From Phycisphaerae bacterium (GTDB taxonomy: Bacteria > Planctomycetota > Phycisphaerae > UBA1845 > Fen-1342): 64,000 nt of DNA. Shown one piece after another: positions 43,775 through 53,702 of this stretch (the stretch's first letter is position 1; every line of letters begins with the position of its first letter). Below the pieces are notes generated by a model, which saw only the letters and a list, made by a program, of their open reading frames with translations, searched no databases and was not told where the DNA came from. A program made the translations under genes and the position numbers. The DNA lies in the NCBI GenBank assembly GCA_963675745.2, contig CAXXWX010000015.1, positions 64,001-128,000 on the forward strand, in the 5' to 3' direction.

Positions 43775-43860
43775 TGCCCGGGACTGGAGTCGAACCAGCA
43801 CGAGGTTTAACCCTCACCAGGCCCTCAACCTGGCGCGTCTGCCAATTCCGCCACCCGGGC
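43775..43860 (-). tRNA. tRNA-Leu (GAG)
   Basis: GCCCGGGTGGCGGAATTGGCAGACGCGCCAGGTT-GAG-GGCCTGG, long variable arm, GTTCGACTC, CCCGGGCA. Confidence 0.96.
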
Positions 43861-44065
43861 GCCGCAGCCGGTCTCCCGGCCATTGGCGATTCCGCAGCGT
43901 ACGCAGACCGCCCCAAATCGTCAAGACCATTGGGATGATCAGCGCCTCCCAGGCGAGCCCGGCTGAGCGGCGAGGCTCGGCGGCGAGGGACTTGACGCGG
44001 CGCCCACCGGACGGATAAGGAGATGTGCGCCAGTGAGCCTGGGACGCATCAGAAAGGAGGCACGC

Positions 44066-45229
44066 ATGAACCGACACGTGATTCTCTCGGCATCGTGGAT
44101 TACCGTGATTGTCTTGGCCATGAATATTGGCCCCGCATGGGCCGGCGAAGGAGGAGCATACCACATGCTCGGGTCGATCGAGAAACACGCCTGGGGCAAA
44201 ACCGACGACGGACGGCCGGCGTGTCTGTACACGCTCATCAACGCCAGCGGCATGACGATGAAGGTCAGCAATTACGGCTGCATCATCGTTGCGCTCACGG
44301 CCCCCGACAAAAACGGCAAGTTCGACGACGTCGTGCTCGGCTACGAGCAACTGGCCGACTATCTCAAGGACACCCCCTACTTCGGCAGCGTCGTGGGCCG
44401 CTATGGCAACCGTATCGCCGCGGGCAAATTCACGCTCGACGGCAAGGAATACACGCTTGCCACCAACAACGGCCCGAATCATCTGCACGGCGGGCTCAAG
44501 GGCTTCGACAAGGTTCTCTGGGAAACGAAAGCCATCGTGCGCGACGGGGCCGTCGGCCTGCGATTCCACTATGTCAGTACGGACGGCGAAGAAGGCTACC
44601 CCGGCAACCTGGATGTGACGATGTACTACTGGCTGACGGACGCCAATGAGCTGCGGATCGAGTACGCCGCCACAACGGACCAGGCGACTCCCGTTAACTT
44701 GACGCATCACAGCTACTTCAACCTGGCGGGCGCCGGCACGGGCGACATCCTCGGCCACCAGCTCATGCTGGCCGCCGACCGTTTCACGCCGGTCGACGAG
44801 GGCCTGATCCCCACGGGCGAACTGCGGCCGGTGGTTGGCACCCCCTTTGATTTCACCCAGCCGACGCCCATCGGTGCGCGTGTCAATCAGGACAACCAGC
44901 AGTTGGAGTATGGCGGCGGGTATGACCATAACTTCGTGCTGACGCGCTGGGACGGCAAGTTGCGCCTGGCCGCGACGGTCTACGAGCCCGGCAGCGGGAG
45001 ACTCATGGACGTGCTGACCACCGAGCCCGGCGTTCAGTTTTATTGCGGCAATTTCCTGGACGGCAGCAACATCGGCAAAGGCGACAAGCCGTACCAGCAT
45101 CGCTACGGCTTCTGCCTCGAGACGCAGCATTTTCCGGATTCGCCCAATCAGCCGGCGTTCCCGTCCACCACGCTGCGCCCCGGTGAGAAATACAGCCACA
45201 CAACGGTCTACCGCTTTAGTGCAAAATGA
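44066..45229 (+). CDS. galM: Aldose 1-epimerase with signal peptide
   Basis: GRYGNRI, NHLHGG, EEGYPG, NLTHHSYFNL, GYDHNF, CLETQHFPDSPN. Confidence 0.95.
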   Translation: MNRHVILSASWITVIVLAMNIGPAWAGEGGAYHMLGSIEKHAWGKTDDGRPACLYTLINASGMTMKVSNYGCIIVALTAPDKNGKFDDVVLGYEQLADYLKDTPYFGSVVGRYGNRIAAGKFTLDGKEYTLATNNGPNHLHGGLKGFDKVLWETKAIVRDGAVGLRFHYVSTDGEEGYPGNLDVTMYYWLTDANELRIEYAATTDQATPVNLTHHSYFNLAGAGTGDILGHQLMLAADRFTPVDEGLIPTGELRPVVGTPFDFTQPTPIGARVNQDNQQLEYGGGYDHNFVLTRWDGKLRLAATVYEPGSGRLMDVLTTEPGVQFYCGNFLDGSNIGKGDKPYQHRYGFCLETQHFPDSPNQPAFPSTTLRPGEKYSHTTVYRFSAK

Positions 45230-45289
45230 TCGTCGGATGGTACAGCAATCTCTGTGGCACCGGTTTTCAATCGGGTATCCGTCCAGCGT

Positions 45290-45368
45290 GTAGCGGCTCG
45301 CGCCTCGCAGGCCGACGAATACCGGGGGCGCCTCCGCGCCCGGCGGCCTGCGAGGCGCAGGCCGCTAC
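45290..45368. repeat. Inverted REP doublet (REPIN-like, family A)
   Basis: GTAG-REP 45290-45314 and inverted copy 45344-45368, 29-bp spacer. Confidence 0.8.
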
Positions 45369-45414
45369 AGAGCCGGGCGGCAGACGGTGGTTGATCATTG
45401 CAAGGAGTCTGCTC

Positions 45415-46778
45415 ATGCACCGCGCACTTGGCCTTTCCGCCGGCCTGATATTGCTGCTATTGGTCGGGTGCGCGATGCCCGGTCGCGTTGAGCTGCGCTC
45501 GCGTACGGGGGGCAGTGCCGCGCTATATCGCCAGTTTCAGGCCTTCGATGGAGCCAGCGGTCGACGGCTATCGTTCGACGCGCTGGTTGGCCGCTGCCGG
45601 GCGGCCGACGTGATCATGTTCGGCGAGCAGCACGGGGCCGTGGTGTGTAACCAGCTTCAGGCCCAGCTCGTGCACGCGCTGATCGATTCCGGCCGGCGGT
45701 TCGCGCTGGCGATGGAGTTCTTCGAAACGGATACGCAGGCTGCGCTCGACGCGTATCTGCGTGGCAGACTGGATGAATCGGCTTTAACCAGCTTCAGGCC
45801 CAGCTCGTGCACGCGCTGATCGATTCCGGCCGGCGGTTCGCGCTGGCGATGGAGTTCTTCGAAACGGATACGCAGGCTGCGCTCGACGCGTATCTGCGTG
45901 GCAGACTGGATGAATCGGCTTTCCGCGAGCAAGCGCGACAGAAGGGTGCGTACCTGATCTCACACCGGCCGCTGATCGAGTTGTGTCGCGCGGCGCGCGT
46001 CCCGGTCATCGCCGCCAACGCTCCGCGCCGGCTGGTTAGCGCGTACCGCAAATCCGGCGAAGACTACGCGGCCTACCGCGCGTCCGTGACGCCGGAAGAG
46101 CAGCGCTGGCTGCCGGCGGAATGCTCGGAACTGACGGGGGCGTATCGCGACCGTTTCCTGGAGGTGATGAGCTCGCACGGACCGGCGTCAGCCCCCGCGA
46201 TGCCAGCTCCGATGACGGCGCCAACTTCACAGCCGGCGCAGCCGCCCACGACGCAGCCGAGCGGGATGCCGGTTGTCGAGCATCCAACTACGCAGCCGGT
46301 TGAGCATCCGACCACCCAGCCGGTTGAGCGTCCCATGATGCCTCCGATCATGCCGCCAGGGGCCACGGCTGAGCATGTCCCCACCGCAAGCGAGCCGCCG
46401 CCGACGCCTACGACCATGCCCACGACCATGCCAACCACGGCACCTTCCTCAACTGATGAAGACGCGCCGCCCGATCCCGCGGCGATGTTGGCCAAGGCGG
46501 AGGCGTTCTTCGCCGCCCAGCTTCTGTGGGACGAGGCGATGGCGGATTCGGTGGCGCAGTTCCGCGAGACTTTCCCGGCCTACGATGTGCTGCTGATCGT
46601 TGGCACCTTCCATGTCGAGCAGGAGGGTGGCACGTACCTCAAATACCGCCAACGCCGCCCGAACGACCGCGTGCTCACAGTGGTCTACCGCGGCGTGACG
46701 GATGGCGAATTCGAGTTGGCCGACGACGACCGCAACGCCGCCGACATTGTGGTTTATGGTATGGCGGAGGGGGATTAG
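45415..46778 (+). pseudogene. ChaN-family (Tiki superfamily) lipoprotein, frameshifted by a 137-bp duplication
   Basis: LVGC lipobox, FGEQH, LAMEFF, IAANAP, QLLWDEAMA, VGTFHV; 45649-45785 repeated at 45786-45922. Confidence 0.8.
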
Positions 46779-46788
46779 GGGGAAGAGA

Positions 46789-46831
46789 GGCAACAAGGCA
46801 ACCAGGCAACAAGGCAACAAGGCAACGAGGC
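46789..46831 (+). repeat. Octamer tandem repeat GGCAAC(A/C/G)A x5
   Basis: Read directly from the sequence. Confidence 0.85.
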
Positions 46832-47024
46832 GTCTGCGCTCTCTTGTTGCTTCTCTGGGATAGTGGCCGCGTGCTCCAGCGTAACTTGGGCTTCGTCGCC
46901 ATCACCACGGATTGCCCCCCTCTTTCGCGAGAATTTCTTGTGCATTGCGGCGACCGGTGAGATAATCGGTTGTCCGAGGGGCATATCTGGTCCGGCTATG
47001 ACATCTATAGCGGAGGGACTGCAC

Positions 47025-48218
47025 ATGCTCCCACGACACATCACCATGGGCTTGGCGCTAATTGTCACGGCGGGCGGTTTGGCGCAGGCGCAGGATCTGC
47101 GGGGCGATCTGAACTGCGATGGGTTGGTCAACAACGGCGACATCGACGCGTTCGTGCTCGCCCTGACTGACCCGTCGGGCTACGCGGCGGCTTACCCGAC
47201 GTGCAATATCAGCATGGCCGACACAAACTGCGACGGTCTGGTCAACAATGGGGACATCGAGGGGTTCGTAGCGGGCGTCAGCGGCGGGAGCGTACGATCC
47301 TGTCCCGGGGACATGGCCCTGATCCCCGCCGGCGAGTACGAGATGGGCTGCCATACGGGAGACTGCTACGCCGAATGGCTGCCGTTGCACAACGTCTACC
47401 TGGATTCGTTCCACATCGGCGTGTACGAGGTGACGGCGCAGGAGTACGCCGATGGACTGAACTGGGCGCTCGGACAGGGTGGCTTGATCGAAGTCAGAAA
47501 CGACGTCGTGTACAAGTACGCCGACACGGACGCGTACTGCAACCTCTTTAGCGCGTATCCCCGGTGTCGGATTCACTACAGTGGCTCGTCGTTCACCGTT
47601 ACGTCGGGTATGGAGGCCCACCCGATAACCGACGTGAGCTGGGTCGGAGCGGCGGCTTACTGCAACTGGCTCAGTGTGCAAAACGGGCTGGCGCCCTGCT
47701 ACAACATCGAGACGTGGGAGTGTAACTTCGACGCCGACGGATATCGGCTGCCCACGGAGGCCGAATGGGAGTATGCGGCGCGGGGCGGCGCGCACGATCC
47801 TTACTACATGTACCCGTGGGGCGACACGCTCGATGGATCGATGGCCAATTGCAGCGATTCGGGCGATCCCTACGAGGGAGAGAACCCGGAGACCACGCCG
47901 GTAGGCTACTACGACGGTGGCCAGATACCGGCCGGCTCGGACATGGCGAACGGGTACGGGCTGTACGACGTCTCCGGAAACGTGCGGGAGTGGTGCCACG
48001 ACTGGTACAGCGACAGCTACTACAGCGCGTACGCGCCCGACGGTTGGCCACCGAATCCGATCGGGCCGGCGGATGGCATATATCGAGTTACGCGCGGCGG
48101 CTGCTGGTGGGACTACGCCGGCATCCGCAACCGGATGCAGTGTGCCGGTCGCTTCTATAACTCGTGGTGGGGCCGCAGCAGCACGGACGGCTTCCGCGTA
48201 GCCAAGCCGGCCCCGTAA
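47025..48218 (+). CDS. Secreted FGE-sulfatase (SUMF1-like, C-type lectin fold) protein with N-terminal dockerin-like domain
   Basis: Signal peptide, GDLNCDGLVNNGDIDAF, YEVT, YRLPTEAEWEYAARGG, NGYGLYDVSGNVREW, RGG.W...GFRV. Confidence 0.9.
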   Translation: MLPRHITMGLALIVTAGGLAQAQDLRGDLNCDGLVNNGDIDAFVLALTDPSGYAAAYPTCNISMADTNCDGLVNNGDIEGFVAGVSGGSVRSCPGDMALIPAGEYEMGCHTGDCYAEWLPLHNVYLDSFHIGVYEVTAQEYADGLNWALGQGGLIEVRNDVVYKYADTDAYCNLFSAYPRCRIHYSGSSFTVTSGMEAHPITDVSWVGAAAYCNWLSVQNGLAPCYNIETWECNFDADGYRLPTEAEWEYAARGGAHDPYYMYPWGDTLDGSMANCSDSGDPYEGENPETTPVGYYDGGQIPAGSDMANGYGLYDVSGNVREWCHDWYSDSYYSAYAPDGWPPNPIGPADGIYRVTRGGCWWDYAGIRNRMQCAGRFYNSWWGRSSTDGFRVAKPAP

Positions 48219-48244
48219 CGCAAAATCACCTAGCCACCGAATGA

Positions 48245-48280
48245 CCTTGTGGCCTCGTGGCCTTGTGGCCTTGTGGCCTG
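48245..48280 (-). repeat. Octamer tandem repeat GGCCAC(A/G)A x4 (inverted relative to the 46789 array)
   Basis: Plus strand CCTTGTGG/CCTCGTGG units. Confidence 0.85.
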
Positions 48281-48317
48281 ATTGCCCCCCCATTCCACTC
48301 CCCACCCCGAAATATAA

Positions 48318-48356
48318 TTGCATCCAGCTATAAATGTGCTATCATTGCAATAGCAC
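48318..48356 (+). promoter_or_regulatory. Candidate promoter with overlapping palindromic operator
   Basis: TTGCAT, 16 bp, TATCAT; GTGCTAT-N7-ATAGCAC perfect inverted repeat at 48336-48356. Confidence 0.55.
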
Positions 48357-48389
48357 CGGGGCGGTGCGGTGAATGAAGGAGACTGAATC

Positions 48390-49289
48390 ATGGCGTCAAA
48401 CGAATTCGATCGTCGTGTGACCAGTGGCTGGGTGGCGTTACCCATCTTGATTATCGCAATTATCGGAACAGGAATACTGCTCACCCGGGCGATCATGGCG
48501 GCCGCAAAGGCCGGTCATCCGTCGTTCGGCATTATCGCGCCGATTGTCGGATGGAGTTTGGCCATAGTGGTCATCATCGTGCTGATGGCCGGGTTCTTTA
48601 CGATTCAGCCGAATCGGGCGGCTGTGCTGCTGCTGTTCGGTGCTTACAAGGGCACCGTCCGCACCTCCGGCTTTCACTGGGCCAACCCGTTCTATGACAA
48701 GCACAAGATCTCGCTGCGGACGCGAAACTTCAACACTGACACGCTGAAGGTCAACGACGCGCGCGGTAACCCCATCGACATCGCCGCCGTGGTTGTCTGG
48801 CGGGTGGACAACACTGCGCAGGCTTCGTTCGACGTGGACGATTACGAAGATTATGTGCAGGTGCAGAGCGAGTCGGCCGTGCGGCACCTGGCCAGCAATT
48901 ACCCCTACGACACGACCGAAGACGACCAGCTCTCGTTGCGCGGCAGCATGGACGAGGTTTCGGAGACGCTCCAGGTCGAGCTTCAGGAGCGGCTCAGCAA
49001 AGCCGGCGTGATTGTCGAGGAAACGCGGCTCAGCCACCTCGCCTACGCGGCGGAGATCGCCGGCGCCATGTTACGCCGTCAGCAGGCCGAAGCCGTCGTC
49101 GCCGCCCGTATCCGCATTGTCGAGGGCGCGGTGGGCATGGTCGAGACGGCATTGGAACGGCTTCAGGAGCACAACACGGTTGAACTCGATGAAGAGCGCA
49201 AAGCGGCGATGGTCAGCAACCTGCTCGTGGTGCTTTGCGGCGAACAGGCCGCCCAGCCCGTGGTGAATACCGGGACACTGTACTCGTAA
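48390..49289 (+). CDS. SPFH (band 7) domain membrane protein
   Basis: Two TM segments, [46 protein letters not shown]. Confidence 0.93.
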   Translation: MASNEFDRRVTSGWVALPILIIAIIGTGILLTRAIMAAAKAGHPSFGIIAPIVGWSLAIVVIIVLMAGFFTIQPNRAAVLLLFGAYKGTVRTSGFHWANPFYDKHKISLRTRNFNTDTLKVNDARGNPIDIAAVVVWRVDNTAQASFDVDDYEDYVQVQSESAVRHLASNYPYDTTEDDQLSLRGSMDEVSETLQVELQERLSKAGVIVEETRLSHLAYAAEIAGAMLRRQQAEAVVAARIRIVEGAVGMVETALERLQEHNTVELDEERKAAMVSNLLVVLCGEQAAQPVVNTGTLYS

Positions 49290-49412
49290 TTCACCGCGCC
49301 GGGCGCACACGCGCCGGGCCCCGCCGCCTGGACGAACGGAATCGCCCGGCGGCGGGCTCGTGTTTTGCCAAAGACAAGGGCGTCCGGCTTTGAACCTCAG
49401 CGGCCACGAAAA

Positions 49413-49573
49413 GTAGCGACCCTGAGGAGCAGCGGCCCAGAGAAGTAGCGGCCTCAAAAAGTGGCGGCCGACCCCCGAGTCGGCCGTAGGTACGCCGGTT
49501 GACGATCGCCGACAAAAACGTCCGACTCGGGGGTCGGACGCTACGACATAGGACGCTACGGCGTCGGACGTCA
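49413..49573. repeat. Inverted REP doublet (family B) with flanking partial copies
   Basis: GTGGCGGCCGACCCCCGAGTCGGCCG 49461-49486; inverse 49519-49544; partial GTAGCG.. and ..GGACGCTAC copies outside. Confidence 0.8.
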
Positions 49574-49618
49574 CTGGAAACGCGACTCACTCGCGAGGAA
49601 TGCGAACGGTTGTGATCA

Positions 49619-49819
49619 ATGGCTGACAAAAAGAAAGCCATTCTGCTACGCATCCCACCCGACTTGTGGGAGAAGCTGAACTCGTGGGCCAAGGACGACC
49701 TGCGCAGCGTCAATGCCCAGATCGAGTACCTGCTGCGCGAGGCGGTCCGCCGCCGCCGCGGGAAGCTGGACGCGCCGCCGGGGGATCATGGCGACTCGTC
49801 CGGGGCATCTGCGGGATAG
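49619..49819 (+). CDS. Arc-family ribbon-helix-helix DNA-binding protein
   Basis: KKAILLRIPPDLWEKLNSWAKDDLRSVNAQIEYLLREAV. Confidence 0.88.
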   Translation: MADKKKAILLRIPPDLWEKLNSWAKDDLRSVNAQIEYLLREAVRRRRGKLDAPPGDHGDSSGASAG

Positions 49820-49917
49820 TTGATGCCCCACGCCGTGGGTTGCGCCCTGGTCGACATGGCAGGAACCATACTCGGCGTGCAACACCGAGTGCGATGCGGG
49901 GAATCAACCGAAGTAGC

Positions 49918-51111
49918 TCATCGCAGATCGAATTCTGCCACGATATGGGGCCGTTCAGCCAACAGACGCTCCAAGTGGCTATCAGGCCACATTTCGATGC
50001 GGGGCAGAGCCCTCTCCGTGTTGTGCCTCTCAATGAGCCGCACGGCGTCAATCGTGAATCTGCCACTCGTGGCAACTATAAGCACATCAACGGAGGGTGG
50101 CTCCCACAGCTTCATTTGCTCGCGGGCATGCGCGACCTCCTGTGGCCCGACACTCTTGGATAGCCAGTGTTTGCACTGAATGATCACACGTGCTCGCTGT
50201 GTCTCGGCCAGCGAATCATCATGCACGCGTGACACAGACAAGTCTCTCCCCCGATCCTGAGCGCAAGTGCGCGTGAGCCACTGGGGATCCTCATACCCAC
50301 TCGCATCGCCGATGAGGCAAAACACAAGTCGTTCAAAGTCCTCCGGCCTTAGGCTTTCCCATCGAAGACCTATCGCGACGGAGCCGGACGGTTGACCGGT
50401 CACCAAGTTGCCAAGATCTTCGACGACGACCGGCGTTGGATCATCGTTGGCGTAAAGCGCCTGCGACACGCTCGAGTTGATAGCAGGCCAGTCATTGTTC
50501 AGCACATCAACGAGGTCGCACCTTAGTCCAAAGTGAAGGTGCCGATGCAAGTCGGCCCATCTTGCTGGTCGGGTAAAGCTGTTGCCTAGCAGAATACCGA
50601 GCTGCCTAACGGAAGCCTTGAGAGCATCCCAGGCCGGGTGATCGACCGGGCCATCGCCGATTTCGGGCAGCGCGGCCCTGAGCGTCTCGCTGTGTGCTCC
50701 GATTTCCGCAAGACGATCGATTACTGCGCTACGCACCAACTCACGCCTCGCCCTGTTGAACTTGAATCGATACTTGCGGATGATCGGCCCCTGACTGGCG
50801 ATCTGACGCTCTATGGTCAGCGCGCACTCAATGTCATTGACTTCATGGGCGTCCATTCGCATCTGGGCGATATCATCCAGATCGAGAAGCTCGTCCGTGA
50901 TCCGGAAGCCATCTAGTGCTGGAACATGTGGTAGGATGCTGCGGAACGCCAAGCAGTCGTTCTCGTAGGTTGCAGCATCAGGGGTCGAGCAAGCGAACCT
51001 GATGCCGTCAGGTATGAGTTTCGCGATCTCATCCCAGAGTCGCTCGATCTTCATCAGATTGGCTTCAGTCGCCGCGAACACACGCAGTGCGTCATCGATT
51101 CGGCTCGTCAC
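49918..51111 (-). CDS. Protein with C-terminal Mrr-like PD-(D/E)xK nuclease domain
   Basis: PEDFERLV...DRGRD...IIQCKHW...ATSGRFT; lower GC than flanks. Confidence 0.75.
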   Translation of the reverse strand: MTSRIDDALRVFAATEANLMKIERLWDEIAKLIPDGIRFACSTPDAATYENDCLAFRSILPHVPALDGFRITDELLDLDDIAQMRMDAHEVNDIECALTIERQIASQGPIIRKYRFKFNRARRELVRSAVIDRLAEIGAHSETLRAALPEIGDGPVDHPAWDALKASVRQLGILLGNSFTRPARWADLHRHLHFGLRCDLVDVLNNDWPAINSSVSQALYANDDPTPVVVEDLGNLVTGQPSGSVAIGLRWESLRPEDFERLVFCLIGDASGYEDPQWLTRTCAQDRGRDLSVSRVHDDSLAETQRARVIIQCKHWLSKSVGPQEVAHAREQMKLWEPPSVDVLIVATSGRFTIDAVRLIERHNTERALPRIEMWPDSHLERLLAERPHIVAEFDLR

Positions 51112-51289
51112 GGCTCGCGTCTCCTTGGGTATCTACTCGATCACCGCGCCGGCCCGTCTGCCAACACTGAATCGGTTCCGACAAGTACGGCGCCAGGACG
51201 CATTCATCGCCAGCCCAGGCGGCGATTGCGACTTCCAGGTGCAGGGCGAACCGCTCGCGCGGGGGGATGGGCTGCTTGATGGTCTCCAC

Positions 51290-51385
51290 GGCCAACGTGG
51301 TTCTCCCCACCTGCCGGGCTCCCATGATGGCGACTACAAAAGAACTCCGATGCAGGCGCAGGACTGCGCCCAGTATGTCGCTCAC
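51290..51385 (-). pseudogene. Remnant N-terminus of an AAA_14-type ATPase
   Basis: VVAIMGARQVGRTTLA resembles the GARQVGKTTL Walker A; similarity lost afterwards. Confidence 0.5.
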
Positions 51386-51602
51386 TCAGAATCCTGACGT
51401 CTGATCATACTGGAAAACTCGGAGGCTGTCTCCGAGTCTTCATGGTTGCCGCGCGGAAGAGTCTGTCCGCACGCGGAACGCGATCACTGTGCAATAGGCT
51501 CTGTGTTGCGACACCCTGCTCCCGCCATTCAGCATATCGTGCCGGTGCCGCACTTGTGCGAGTGCGACATCGCGCACTAGCATGCCACGAACGGTGAGGC
51601 GG

Positions 51603-53702
51603 ATGCGACAGGTTGTGCCAAGCGACATTCTGGTGCTGGTTGTGGCCGCGCTGGCTTGCCTGGTGCCAACGGCCTGGGTGGCGTTGCCGGGCGCGGTTGT
51701 GCTGACGCTGTACCTGCCGGGCCGATTCATCATCGATATTCTCGAACGACGCGGCGCACTACCCGGCCGCCCCTGGCTCGATATTGCCGCCGCACTTGTC
51801 ATCATGCCCGTGGCGCTCAACTGGATCTGGCGGCTGTCGAACGAGTGGTCGGCGGTTCTCGCCGGCGTGGTGGCGTGCAACGCCATATTGCTGATAGTCC
51901 GCGGCCGACGAGAAGCGCGGTCGCCTGCGCCGGCCATGTTCGACAGCCCGACGCAACGCAGGTTGTTTGGCGTGCTGCTCGTGTTTGTCGGCCTATGCGT
52001 GTTTGCATCAATCTGGCTGCCTGAGGCCGGTGACAGCGTCGCCACGCGCAGCGCGCGCGATTACGTTAAGCACCATGCCGTGCTGTTCTCGCTTGATCGG
52101 GCACCACTGCCGCTGCAAAACCCGTTTTACGCTCTCGAACGCGACACGCCCTACTACTACTACCAATACCACCACCACGTGGCCGCGGCGTTGCGCAAAC
52201 TGGCGGGGCCGAGTGTCTCAATCGGGCTGGCCTTCGCCATCAGCTCGGCGCTTTTGGCCGTAACGTTCGTCGCGGTCGTCTTTGTCATCGCGCGCGGCGT
52301 GGTTCACTCGGCCGGGGGGGCCCTGCTGGCGGCGGCCTGTGTCAGCATCATTGGCGGATGGGATGTAATTCCCACGGCGCTGCGCGTCATCGCCGGCCAT
52401 TCTCCGCCGATCATCCTTGATTCATGGTGTCCGATCCCATGGCGGGCACACAACCTCATGACGCAATACATGTGGTGCCCGCAGCACATCGCGGCGACGC
52501 TGGCGTTGATGTTGGCGGCACACCTGCTGCACCATCTGCCGCGCAGCCGTTGGTGGATGCTGCTGGGGCCGCTGCTGGGGGCGTCGATCTTCGGCAGCAG
52601 CGTATACCTGGCGATGACGTTCTTTGTCGCGGCCGCCGCGTACATCCTGCTCGAAATCTGGCGAGCGCGCGGCAACCCGGCGCAGTGGCGCCGCCTGCTC
52701 GGCGCGACCGTGGTGATCGCGATACTGGGCGCCGTCCTGATGGGGCGCCAGGCCTGGGAATATCAGCAGATGGGCGCGCGCCTCTCCGGCGGTCTGGTGC
52801 TCACGTGGGAACGGCTGAGCTGCGCGGGCCCGGGGCGTCTGCTGCCGGCCGGTCCGCTGGCCAATTGGCTCGACGCGCCCTGGCTGCTAATGATCGATCT
52901 CGGGCTACCGGGGCTGGCCTGCCTGCTGATCGCGCCCGCCGCGTGGTCACGCATATGGCGTGACAACGGTACGCGGCTGCTGCTGATCGCCGGCGTGATC
53001 GGCACGTTTGCGCTGTACACGGTGCGCAGCAGTGTGAGCCCGTTTGACTACAGTTTTCGCGTGGCGATTATGCCGTTTCAGGTGGTTGCGGCGCTCTGCG
53101 CGGGGATGCTGCTGTGGTCTGCGGACGTGCGGCCCATGGTGCGGCGTTGGCGCCGGCCGGTGGTGGTTCTCGGCGCATTGATCGGCCTGGCCGTCGGCGT
53201 GTACGAAGCGCCGCTGATGGCCGTGCGGTCACGGTTGCTCGGCGCCGCGTTTGGCGATGATGCCGGTGCGCTCCGTTTCTTGCGCGAGCAGACGCCGGCG
53301 GACGCCGTGGTTCAGGGCGCTCCCCGCGGGCGCGTTGACCTGCTACAACTGATCGGCCGGCAGATGGGCGTGAGCGATCCGGACGATTCGCACGTGCGCG
53401 TGTTCTACCCGCTGGATATGGCGCGCATGCGCCAAGTGTGCGACCGCGTCGACCGCGCTTTCGACACCGTGTCCAGCGCGGAAGCGTTTGCGAGCATGCG
53501 CGCGGCGTGCGTGACGCACGTGCTGGTCGGCGGCGTGGAGCGCGAACGCCGCGACGCGGTGGCGCAGTTCGAAGACCGGACATTGTTCGAGCCGGTCTAT
53601 CGTGACGATACCGCCACCGTGTTTCGCCTGCGCCCCGACACCGGGCCGCTTGCCAGCCGGCCGGCCGTCGGCGAAACTGATGCGGGAGACGACGAGCCAT
53701 GA
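51603..53702 (+). CDS. Polytopic membrane protein, YYY/DUF2298-like (GT-C-like)
   Basis: Many TM segments, D..KH...PLQNPFY...PYYYYQY loop, C-terminal THVLVGGVER domain. Confidence 0.6.
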   Translation: MRQVVPSDILVLVVAALACLVPTAWVALPGAVVLTLYLPGRFIIDILERRGALPGRPWLDIAAALVIMPVALNWIWRLSNEWSAVLAGVVACNAILLIVRGRREARSPAPAMFDSPTQRRLFGVLLVFVGLCVFASIWLPEAGDSVATRSARDYVKHHAVLFSLDRAPLPLQNPFYALERDTPYYYYQYHHHVAAALRKLAGPSVSIGLAFAISSALLAVTFVAVVFVIARGVVHSAGGALLAAACVSIIGGWDVIPTALRVIAGHSPPIILDSWCPIPWRAHNLMTQYMWCPQHIAATLALMLAAHLLHHLPRSRWWMLLGPLLGASIFGSSVYLAMTFFVAAAAYILLEIWRARGNPAQWRRLLGATVVIAILGAVLMGRQAWEYQQMGARLSGGLVLTWERLSCAGPGRLLPAGPLANWLDAPWLLMIDLGLPGLACLLIAPAAWSRIWRDNGTRLLLIAGVIGTFALYTVRSSVSPFDYSFRVAIMPFQVVAALCAGMLLWSADVRPMVRRWRRPVVVLGALIGLAVGVYEAPLMAVRSRLLGAAFGDDAGALRFLREQTPADAVVQGAPRGRVDLLQLIGRQMGVSDPDDSHVRVFYPLDMARMRQVCDRVDRAFDTVSSAEAFASMRAACVTHVLVGGVERERRDAVAQFEDRTLFEPVYRDDTATVFRLRPDTGPLASRPAVGETDAGDDEP

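Noticed and set aside
47025..48218. Complete diversity-generating retroelement
   Set aside because: No reverse transcriptase, avd gene or template repeat seen in the window.
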